This document shows positions 13,501 to 24,500 of a stretch of 64,000 nucleotides of DNA, in pieces; the stretch's first letter is position 1; the number at the start of each line of letters is the position of its first letter. The notes beneath the pieces are model-generated. The model was not told the origin of the DNA. It did no database searches and worked only from the letters and a program-made list of their open reading frames with translations. Position numbers and translations under genes: made by a program. This stretch comes from Klebsormidium nitens (lineage: Eukaryota; Plantae; Klebsormidiophyceae), in contig DF237149.1 of NCBI GenBank assembly GCA_000708835.1, positions 1-64,000 on the forward strand. The letters are read 5' to 3'.

Positions 13501-16500
13501 ACCTATCCTCCTCTGCGGTCTGTGCTACCAAAGCCCGATACCTGTCCGTCTCATGATCTGAAGTCGTGCCACGCGTTTTTCAAACTTGCTGAAAGAGGGG
13601 TTGCAACACCTACCCGAGGTAGCCACACATTAGGAGGATGCCCCAGAGGCTGTCGCTTGACGCTGCTTTATGCTTCTTTTCAGATTCCTGTAGAAGACCG
13701 AACGCTTGTCAATGAACACGTGGCACTGGGAGGCTGCTTCTGAGGCATCCTGTTTACGGGGAAAGTGTCTGGGTTATGATCGTTTAGATATCTGTAGCAA
13801 AAGCCTTGCAACGTCGTTTGTACTTGTGCTGAAGCTGGAATGGAGCCGTGAAGAATACAGATTCTCAGAATGGAAAAGGCTGTTGTAAGTGCAGAAAACA
13901 TTAGCGAGCGCATGGTATACAGCGCTAGGATACCCAGATTTTAACCCTAGCTGCAGCCGGTCATGTAGAGTCATTTGTGAGGGCGGCCGCCAGCTATCAG
14001 TTTCAAATCCGGAATCGCAGGGAGAGAGAGTTATCGAAACAACTTTTTGAAGATACGCAGGTCTGCAGATGAGTTAGTGACCCGTCACAAAGAGGGAAGA
14101 TACAATGAAGGCAGGAGACTGAGTTCGTAAGAATGCTTAACCTTCATTTTGCTGAGCTGTGACGAATTCGTGGTCCAATGTGCACCTTATTATGATTGAT
14201 CAGCAGAGAAACTGAGTGGCTTACCCCCGTGAGAAGGAAGACCGTGCAGCCCAGAGTGATCAACACTGCCAAGAAGTAGTCTTTCGGCCCATATCGCTTT
14301 CCCATGATGATTGTGCCCCAGATCTGCAAAGAATCCCCGCTTACTATCAGAAGATCGAAATTTTCAAATATTGACGAGTACCTGAGCCTGCTCAAGGAAG
14401 GGAATAGGGACCCAACTATAAGAGGGGCAAGGCGCGACGATTCAGGAATATGACAAGTGAAGCAACTAACGGACTTAGCGATGCTTCCAAGGACACTGAA
14501 CAGTGCGAAAATTTGACCATCCACACGACCCTTGAAGTTCTGCCACCCTGATCTCTTACTATGACTGACAGCTGCCACCCCCTTTCTTGCTGCGCGTCGC
14601 TCAAGACGTCACAATTGTTCACTTATGTTGCACTTTTGATGGTGAACACCAGCTTGATTGGCCCCTCAGGCAAGTAGAATCAACAATTTCATCATATTCT
14701 TGGCAGCAAAATGTAAAACAGTTCCCTGTTGCTGACAGCTTGCTGACAGGACTAGTCGTGATAATGAGGGCGCGACAACCAGTCAGCAGCTTTGACTATG
14801 TAAGGTTGGGGGTATCCTTGGTGATAGAAGCATCAGATCTCAGTCGTGCTCAAGAGAGGCTCTCACCAGCAGCAAAACGAAACATGTTTTCAGCGAGGTT
14901 CTGGAGTGGTTCAGGAGCCGGTTGTGAGATGCGGTTTCTGACTCTCTCACCATGACTGGCATCATCTTCGCACACTTGGCGAGCGTCTGTGTGGGGAAGC
15001 TAACGTACTTCAATGCCTGTAAAAGGGGCACAAAGAGTAGGGGTTTAGAGTTTGCAGGTTAATCCGTTTTTTTACCAGTTTCCTTATGCTTGATCAACAA
15101 CCAGAAAAGGTGACAATGGAAGTCGACTCCTTCCTGTGGTTGTGAGGTGCCCTGCTTCTCCGCTTTATCTTCGCTCCTACCTAATGAAGTTCGAACATAA
15201 TGCTGAGCGTAAACTGAGATAGCAGAAGAGAGTGGTGCGGTTGGGTTCTCTAACATTTTGTGAAGAGGTGGCGAGTCTGCCGTCCTACAAGGCACGCTAG
15301 AAACCTCTGTGTGGAAATGAGACAGTTTGTGTGTTGACGATTCGAACTATTCAAGATCCAAGGTCAAGGCGATGCCTCCTGCTCAGAACGGCCTCAAGGG
15401 GCAGAAACAGTAGACCGAGACCTAACCCAGCAGGGTGATTCAAACTGGAACAATCTAGATTACTGTATCCTCCTAGCTCTTGGGTTACTTAGGATTGAGT
15501 CAGGAAGCACATGTAGGTAGATCGTGCGTGTGTGAAAAGAACCCCTTGCTGGATGTTGAAGATTCAAGCGCTTGCACAAAATTGTCTAATTTCTGGTGCT
15601 TTAGAAGTTGAGAACCATCGACCACAGTGGAGCTCATTTGATTCCCGCTCTCCGATCTGTCACTCTGTCCACTGGCAATGCATAAAGGGGCTTCCTCACT
15701 CATCATGATTGTCTCTTTTCCAATTTTCTTTGAGTCCAGGATTATTCCACGATGTGCCTCAGTCACACTCGATGATCACAATCTTATGTTTGGACTCTGA
15801 CTCAAGAACTACCTCATGTATGACAATGCTATCAACACAACAGTGGCGTGAAATGCTGGCTGAAAGCACAATGCACGGAGGCAGCACCATGTAGGAACTG
15901 GGCGCTCACTTCATACTGGCAGGTGGTCGCAACCACATTGGACAGGGACACTGCGGCGTAGGAATAGAGTGGTGCCACGGGGTTCAGGGACTTGGACTGG
16001 GCCTGGAATCGACCCCCGAAAGTTTATTGTCAGCTTTAAGATAGTCTTTGAAAAGACTCTTAATTTGTCTCAGTAATTTTAACTTGTCTTGTTGAAGCCT
16101 GTAATCTGTGGCACATCAATGGCATTGTTCGAGTCCAGTGAGCGATTCGGAGGTTTCAGCATGCTCCGAGCAACAGCAATTCAGAGACAGTCGCAAGGTA
16201 ATTGAGTCCCAGGCCAAGCTGGAAAAACTTCTTTTTATCTTTGTGGGGGAAACTTGAGTCAACTGGACAAAGAGCATCTTCCAGCACGTAACCAGAAACC
16301 ATGTGCTCTTCAGATCAAATTCTTTCGGCCTGGGATGACAGGGTTCTACCTAGAGCTTTTTTTGATTAGCAGTTGCCTTCATTGAGGATATTGAGTTAGA
16401 GAGCTGTTTGCAAGGGAACCGATACAGGTGGTAGTGTCGGTTCGCCCGCAATCGAGAGAGCTTACTCACCCATAACAGACCGACACAGACAGAACACGTG

Positions 16501-17251
16501 AGTGCTCTGTTGCACAACACGAGGAACAGGGAAAATTTGAAATATTCTTGCTCCTCTCCATACGGCACCTTCATGATCCTCTCCTGCAGGAAAAAGCGAC
16601 TGCTGGTTGGAACTTTGGAAAGATGGAAGAAGTAAACGCAGGTGCATCATGGAGACGGGAAACGCACGAGTCCCCAAGGTCAGGAAACCCTCCATAATGG
16701 ATAACAAACGCTTTGTGGAGGATCTCCAAAAACAAAATGACAGAAGTGCATTATGATGCAGTGGAGAAGGCGGTCACTTGACAGACAAGAGCTCTGAGGA
16801 GAACATGATCTACAACCTGCTGATTGGCAATGCCATCAGACACCATATAGACCAACATCAATAGCTCCATGTGACTGTAGATCTAACAATGATGGCACAA
16901 GCTTGAGAGGGCCACCTCGTTTTTCGCATCAAACGTCATATCCCTGTTTTCACTTCACAACCAACTCTGAAGCACTAAGACTTCACAGGGATTCTAAGAA
17001 GAGCTGCATTTCAACATCCTAAGCCTGCTGGAGCCAAAAGCGCTGAAGACAGTGCATCATCACAAAGAATGCAGAGGCAGGATAAAAAGTCACATCACAA
17101 GACTGAGGCATACCTGCAGTACCCCATACAGCATGAGGGATGACAAGATCCCAAAAGCTGCCAGCACAAGCCTTACAGTCTCGGACTGGAAGAAATTTGG
17201 ACCTAGGTAGGATCTGAGGCCGCCTAGAGAGAATGAGCTAGCGTCCGCCAT
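10590..17251 (-). CDS. UTR5: UAA-family nucleotide-sugar/PAPS transporter (UTr5 / SLC35B2-like), 362 aa
   Basis: Ten phase-consistent exons: 17251-17114, 16583-16470, 16002-15910, 15016-14951, 14323-14225, 13687-13614, 13101-12989, 12482-12394, 12023-11868, 10736-10590. Motifs TTCQYEALKYVSFPTQTLAKCAKM, FDGFTSTFQDKLFKGY, YTIRTFGALVFATVMTTRQ. Confidence 0.92.
11363..11918 (-). repeat. Donor-side exon echo array (exon 9 end FVHPLTWGQWLGT plus 3 decaying intronic copies)
   Basis: Real copy 11868-11918; echoes at 11688-11738, 11526-11576 and 11363-11412; spacing about 180, 162 and 163 bp. Confidence 0.85.
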
Positions 17252-17811
17252 TTTTATCAGGCTATCCTTTTGTGACGTCCCTCGCTTTCAGTTGCGCTGC
17301 TTTCGGCATGTGATCTAGCTCCCTTCCTCAAATGGATCTAGACAGAAACAGTGAACGTGATCAACAGCTTCTTCTGATCAACAGTTTACTCAGCGTCTTC
17401 AGCAGCTGTCCATCACAAATTCGTGAAACGTGAAGCGAAATTTGTGCGAGGCGGAATGCACATCATTTGAAAATTGAATGCCAGGATTTTGTCGACTCTT
17501 GAGTCATGAAGTTGAGGCTTGAGACTGGCAGTCTGAGTAGGTACAGCTGTCATGATTACCGTACGGTACGTTATACGCTGCCTGACTACTTATACCCTCT
17601 GGAGCCAGGCTTGAAAGCCGCCCGGAGGTCGGGGGCCTTCAACGGCAATGCCCGGCCCCGCAAAGAGTGGTTGGAACTGGCCAGAGCGCCCGGATAAATG
17701 AGCCGGTCGCCAAACTGTAAGATCGCAATTTGCGGCTTGCCTCATAAGCCATGTTGGTTTGTGCTGTGTCTATTATCTTTGCTTGCCGCGTTGGGGTCTC
17801 CAGCTGCTTGC

Positions 17812-17912
17812 GGGGGGTTAGCTCAACTGGTTAGAGCACTTGCTTAACAAATGACGTCGCTTGCCGTCATGCGAAGCGCAAGAGGTCCCGGGTTCGAAAC
17901 CCGGACCTCCCA
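17812..17912 (+). tRNA. trnV-AAC: tRNA-Val(AAC) with 27-nt intron (17850-17876)
   Basis: Cloverleaf: acceptor GGGGGGT/ACCTCCC, D arm GCTC..GAGC, anticodon stem CTTGC/GCAAG with loop TT-AAC-A[intron]C, T arm CCGGG-TTCGAAA-CCCGG, discriminator A73. The intron sits at the canonical 37/38 position. Confidence 0.88.
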
Positions 17913-18580
17913 TCTTCCGATTACGTCAGCTCCTGACGTGGAATTTTGGTCGCTGCACTTCGTAGCCATAGAGTAGCTGTTTTGCAACAGGAGAGCCATG
18001 GTGCCCTGAGTCAAGCAAGCGTTAAAGACCATTTCCCTGCCTAAGCTCGTCTTTTTGATACGATGCTTCGTTTCTTTGTGGGGTTGCATGAAGCGGTCTT
18101 CTGGCTTCATAAGCTTCATATACTCTGAATCGTCATATGGTAAGAAGTATGAGGGACCAAAGGCTTAATCGTGTGCGTAACAACCTTTTTGTTTAAACCG
18201 CTCTGAGAATGATGACACGAGTGGTAGCGTGCCCTTCTCCAGCAGATAAAAAGGCATAACCGCAGTTGTACGAGCTTAGTAGGCTACAAGGACACCTCCA
18301 ACATGCAGCTACAGAGATACTAAAAGTCTGAAGAGTTATGATGCCGCGATGCAGTGCAGTGCAACGTTTGCCTCGATGTTAATAAGCAGAAAGCATGTAA
18401 GGCCTTGCCTTGATGCAAGGCCTTGCCTTGATTTTCTAACGGAGACAATAAAACTCCATCAGAACTTTGCACTCATGTCTCAACATCAGAAGATCTGGAA
18501 AATTATGTACTGAAGAAGGTACTTAACGCGCAGCTGATTGTCTTTCCTCTACACCGGATCCCAACACAATTCTGTTCCTT

Positions 18581-21500
18581 TCAACTGAAGAGAATCTCGA
18601 ACTCGCTCATCCTCAAGTTCTGCTTATCCGTGCGGATAGATCCCGCTATGGTCTCCGGTCGTTGAGCTTTCCCTTTGCTGCATCAAGCAAACGCCATCGA
18701 CTGGTTAGAGACCATGTTATACTCCGCAATTGTGGACGTACCAACCTCCTAGACACTTCGATAAGACAACACAGAATTTCAAATATTCAAATGATCTATA
18801 GACGACGAACAGGCTGCTCCAGTTATCCATCGGGGCATAATCGCCGGTTACTCTTTCAGGTCTGGTTCAAGAGGACAGCTGGAAAGGTCCTGCTCATTAT
18901 GAAATAAGAGATGCAACAGACAGTTCCGAAAGGTTCATGAACCTCTCCATATGAATGTCAAGTGGGTCTCAGAGTACCACCACACTTATGTCTGAGGTAG
19001 GTGGCTAGGTCACACGGGCCCAACGACCAATCGGCAGGTAAGCTGGCAGACGTGAAATGGCAAAGGCAGCGAAGGGTATTATCCCTTCCTTAAATCTCCA
19101 CAATGGCGCAAAAGGATCAGAGATACACAAGCCATATGGATCCAAATCTGTGCTTCCAAGAATGCTCGCGGACAATTGGACCTGGCAACCCCCTGCTATG
19201 CAGGTTGACATTAGCTCGACATTAGCAAGTCAGGACGAGAACGGAAAATGAACCCTCACCTTCTGTATGCCGCACGTCCCACGTCGTCAGGTGCATCATT
19301 TGCGTTTCCGCCCTCCACGCGACTCTTGACCACTTTGAGAATCTTCTCTTCCACGGAGTCCTGGATGAACATGCGCTTCACGGTCACAGGCCTCTGCTGT
19401 CCCATCCGCCAAGCACGGCCCACCGCCTGGTCTTCCAACTGGAAAAGGAGAAGGCAGGCTTCGAAAGGCGATCCAAAGCAATGGAATGTGACGCCGGCCT
19501 AGTCGGCCTGAATCAGCGATTGTGAGCCAGACTGGGTTACAGGATAACCGGAAGTCATCGAGTTGGAGGAAGCGAGTACGGCACCTGAAAAGAGCGGGTT
19601 TGGCCTCTCCATCAATGACAAACCCGCGGGACAGAATCCGAGGGTTTTACGGCAGAGGGTCGAGAAAACGCCGGAGTGCAGCTGCTCATAAAGCGCTAGT
19701 CGCTTTGAAAAGGTCATCTTCCGGAGATCTTCGAGAGAAGCTTTCAGCACGAGCATTCTGAAACTAGTCAGCGCCCGTAATCGTGCTCGGCCTCTCAAAC
19801 CCCAGTTTTGAACAAACAATTGCTTGAGGGCGCTCCGCAGACTTGAGCAGCAACAGCCCCTCGAAATAGACGGCGATGATATTGATTGATCAAGCAGATA
19901 TTGCTCACCCATCACAAGATAACTCTCTCGACACGGCTTTCAACGGCCAATCGTTCATCGCGCCATTAGAGTACCCTTGATACGTAGAATCGGATACAAA
20001 ATCGCCGAAAGAGAGACACGAGCGGCTGGGTAATTGACGACCAGCATTCGGCGCGGCTCTGGTACTTACCGCTGGATTCAAGACGGGCTCCAGGAGGTAC
20101 ACGACCGACGCTGACGTCAGCGTGATGCCCACCGCGCCGGTCCGGATGGACAGCAAGAAGACGGTCGTGGGAGGGTCCTGCACACGGCACACATTCTAGA
20201 TTTCAGAAGGAGTTGACGACCTAGAGTTATGGCAGATTGGGAAGCACCCCTTTGGGATCACAGTGCTTCGCAACGCCCCGTAGATGGATGTGATCGATTC
20301 TTAAAAAGAAGCGTGAACGTTAGCGGTTGCAACTCGATTATATGCGCGTCAATATCGGAGACTGCGAGCTCTACCAGAGATTCACAAACCGAGCATAGAT
20401 GCTTTTCTCTAACCAAGTGAGTCCCCTCACCGAGTACGAGGTCATGCTCGGCAAAACTGCATTCTACGGCAGCCTTTGAACCCGGTTTGTACCGCTTGAG
20501 GTAAGCCTTCAGCTACAATTTAACCCGAAACTTAAACTCGACCCCTCAAAGGGCATACCTGTTGAAATTGCTCGATGGCTTTGGCCCGTTTGTTGAGCGC
20601 CATGTCGCCACTGATGTAGCGGTACTTGACGCCAGCTTCCGTCAGCTTCAGCTTGAGCCAGTCGATGGTTCCCATGAACTGGCTGAAGATCAGCGCCTGC
20701 GCACGCGAACCAAACACGATGTTCATACTGTTTCTTTTCCATCTTCTTGCAACAAATCACGAGGCGGATGCCATAGAGCGTTCGCCATTTTGTCTTCTTC
20801 CGCGCAGAATCGCCAGCCAGTTTCAACGCAGATTCTTCTAGTTCTTCTTACGGCATACCAACGTGAGACCTTTACAGCTTCCCGAACTACCTGCCAGCGC
20901 TAATCGAAGGAGGAATTTCAGTGATCTGGAAACTTCGTCACCTACATTCGATCCAACCCGGGGACAAAGCGCCCATGCTGAGGATCTCATGTGTTAGGTC
21001 TTAGTGATCGTCCGCTTGCGGTCTCCTTGTGCAGAATCGTGTTTCAGAGATGGAGTCTGGTTTGATGCCCGTTGAATCTGGACGTACCTTGGCCGTTGGA
21101 TCCTCTTCCCTCGTCTTCTCCAGGTCTGCTAGCAGCGCCTTCAGCTTCGACTCCGCCACGAAAGGAGCGGCGGCGCCACTTGGGCCAGCCTCATCCTTGC
21201 CTGCGCCAGTCAGAGAACAGGGTGAGACTGACGCCCTGAATGCTTCCGCGTCTTAAATTAAAACTGCGCATAAGTACTTGCTCTATATACACAGGGGACC
21301 CTTTGCCACGTGGGACAGCTTAGATTTCGCCTGCGGCATTCAGAAAACAGATTGAGACGTTTCGCTTTGGAGTACGATGCGTCCAGAGTCTCGACGAGGA
21401 AATGGCCCAGCCTTGTTCTCGCCTGCGGCAGCCAGAAATTGAGACGAAAAGCAGTTTCAACGGGAAAGCATCCAAAGCCTTGAGGGAAAGAGGCCCAATA

Positions 21501-24500
21501 ATACTTTACGGGACTGCAAGGAGTCGTAATCCAAATTTGCTCGGGACTGTCCTGGGGAAGCCCTCCGAGCCGGCAAAGCCGTGCTAGGATCCAAACATGG
21601 ACACTTTTGCGAGAAAGATCAGGAACAAGCGAGTCGCATACACGAGAATGAAAGAAGGCAAGAGGGGACTCGAGATCGCATCACGCCAGCTATGATCGGG
21701 ATCATGTGCGGAACAGCTGCTCGCCATCCTTAAGATAAACCTGGTTATCATGGATTCACCACGACCGAGGTTAGTCGAAACCCGGTCGACCATAAGCAAT
21801 TCTGACGAAGCAGCTTCCGCCTTGCTCGAGAAAAGATCACAAAATCAGGATTACAGGTCCGCAAATTATAGGTTGGCAAATAGCAGCTTCGCACCAGCTT
21901 CTGGTTCGACGTATGGCACAATCGCCGTGGTGGTTCCCCGAGCCACGCCTTCGACGACGTCATCGACCGTCACTTTCTGGCGGCATATCGGGCACTGGCC
22001 TTGAGACGGTCCCGAGTCGATGGCACCCGTCAGGCACTCGTGGCAGAACCTGCGGGCGAATTCAGGCAATGCTTCAAGCGTGGTCAAAAGACTGGCATTG
22101 ATTGACGCTGAAGCTTGGCAGCGTGTACGAAATGAATTTGGCCATCTCTCGAGGCATACGAGGCAACGCGTTTAGACAATAATCAAGCACTGGCTTCAGC
22201 TTGTGCTGAGGCTTGGCAGCAGAAGTATGATGAGTTGGGCGATGTTTGGCCTTCTGGGCAGACGTAAAGCATTATTCGGGGTCTGATTAGGACGTCTGGA
22301 GGCATTTTGGAACGGCGAGATCGCAGAAGGCGAACGGAGATTGGGTGTTTCAATCAGTCTAGGTTGACAAAATAACTCGACCGACATGACGAGACAGATC
22401 CACTTCTCTCATTAGGACCTACTGACAGTCCCCTGCTGGAATGGGAGGTTTGCTTTTGAAGAGTCGTTACATTGCTTCCACAAAAGCTCATTTTGGTCAC
22501 CGCAACAACAAGGTCTTCCGGTAGTTTCAGGGACCAACAAGACCACCATCTGTGGAGGCTGTTGTAGAAGTTAGTGAAACCCAGAGCTCGAGAGAAGATT
22601 TGCTCTTTTGGGAGCCACCTTTCCACACCCGGCGTGCTGACGTAAGCACCCTCACCAGTGCTTGCAGGGCGTTCTGGCGGGCCGCTCCATGACGTCGAGG
22701 CATATGCCGCACTCAGAGTCGGGGGGCATGTCGGGCAGGCCTGCAGCTCCCGGGGGGCCGGCCTCCGGAGCGGTGTCTCCAGCCTCCGCCGGAGCATCCG
22801 CTGAAGCCTGGGGGAGATAGATTTGGCCGCCGCTGCAGATCCTGCAATCATTGTCCAAAGGAAAGGAAGTTTGAAAGAAGAACCAACACGGCATGGAATG
22901 CGGCGTGGGGTCGACCAAGTCGGATCATGTGCACTGGTCTTAAGAGCACCCAATATCCAATTGCGGTTGCGGTTGCATGAAGCCTGCGAATATTTAATGT
23001 TCATGCAGCCAGAGTGTGATGTGGTTTGCTGCAAATTTTGCGCCAAGACAATTACAATCGCGGAAAGCTTTGGCAGGGAACGAAACACACAAAAAGAACA
23101 ACTCTGGAATCAAAGCCCGCTGAGTGTAGCTGAGTCCTGAGAGGCTGAGGTGAAGTTCGGGCGTAGGCTGCTGGATGTATTTAGCATTTCCTTTTCCCGC
23201 ATCCGATCCGAGAATTGCACGCGGGCGTCCTCCGCTGCAATCAGTGGTCGCAAAACGAAGGCCATGAAAAGGCAAAACAAAACGGCCTCGAACGGCGCTT
23301 ACCTGCGCAGCGGGAGGAGCAGCGACATGATCTGCAGCATGTGTCTGCCGATGTACATGGGCCCCATCTTGCGGAAGTGAGAGAAGCGCTCCTGGGCGGA
23401 CGCTGTGGCGCGCTCGTAGACGACGCGTTCCTCGGGGGAGAAGTGCACCGGCATGTCGACCTGGGTTTTGGGCGGGAGGACGAGCAGCTCCTCGCCGTTG
23501 ATCTTCTGGGACTTGGTGTGCCGGATCATCACCTGACACAATGGAGGAAAGAAAGAGGATGATGAGACGGACTGGAGTAAGGAAGGAGGGAAGTATCAGA
23601 GGTTCGTTCTAATGTTCAGTGCCTAGCTTTGGACCAAGGGGAACAACAAAAGGACAACACAATAAGGAACCTAACAGCTGACTAAGTCTGCGATCTGCGC
23701 CCATCAGAAGCGGAAAGCCTTTGAGAGCGGAACTTTGACAGCTGCTGGACAAGGAGAATATATCCGGCGGTGATTAGCGTCAGCGTCCGCGCGTCTTCGT
23801 TTTACCTATGAGTTGGCCAGCAGAGCTCCAAGACATCCATTTCAAGTTAGTCAAATGACCCAAATCAATCCACTTGACACAGAAGTAGCATGACCGACCA
23901 GCAAACCTGTTGTTGAACCCTTCATCAGCGAAGTTCAACAACTTGACTGCTGAACCCGTCTTTTCTGGAATACGCTCAGGTGATCCATTGGGACGCGCCT
24001 TCTCACCTTCGAGAGCAGATCCACCAGCACCGCCCTCCCCGCCCCGCTGCTCCCGTGGCCGTGCGATGCATGCTCGAACGGCATCCCAATCTCTTTCTGG
24101 AACGTCGCGAGCGTGTTAAAGGGGCTCAGCTTCAGGAAGGTGAACTGTCCGTACAGGTCCGAGATGCTTGTGTTGATGGGCGTCCCGGTGCAACACCAGC
24201 GGCGTTCCGCAGTCAACTCGGCGCAGGCTCGGGAGTGCACCGCTTTCGGATCCTTGACCTGGAAAAGAAGTGGGTTGCAAGGGGGGTTCAGTGCTGATTT
24301 GAGGTGCTGGTTTACGGTGAAGTGTCACTGGGTCGGTGTGGTGTCACTGGGTCTGCGTACAGCACCAGCGGCGCTCCGCTGTCCGCTCGATGCGGGCTTT
24401 GGAGTGCACCGCTTTCGGATCCTTGACCTGGAAACGAAGTGGGTTGCAAGGGGGGTTTAGTGCTGGTTTTAGGTGCTGGTTTACGGTGAAGTGTCACTGG

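Noticed and set aside
17590-17760. Possible structured ncRNA upstream of the tRNA
   Set aside because: It is GC-rich but shows no recognisable SRP, snRNA or snoRNA motifs.
18399-18432. 16-bp direct repeat aaggccttgccttgat x2
   Set aside because: It is a short local duplication with no supporting context.
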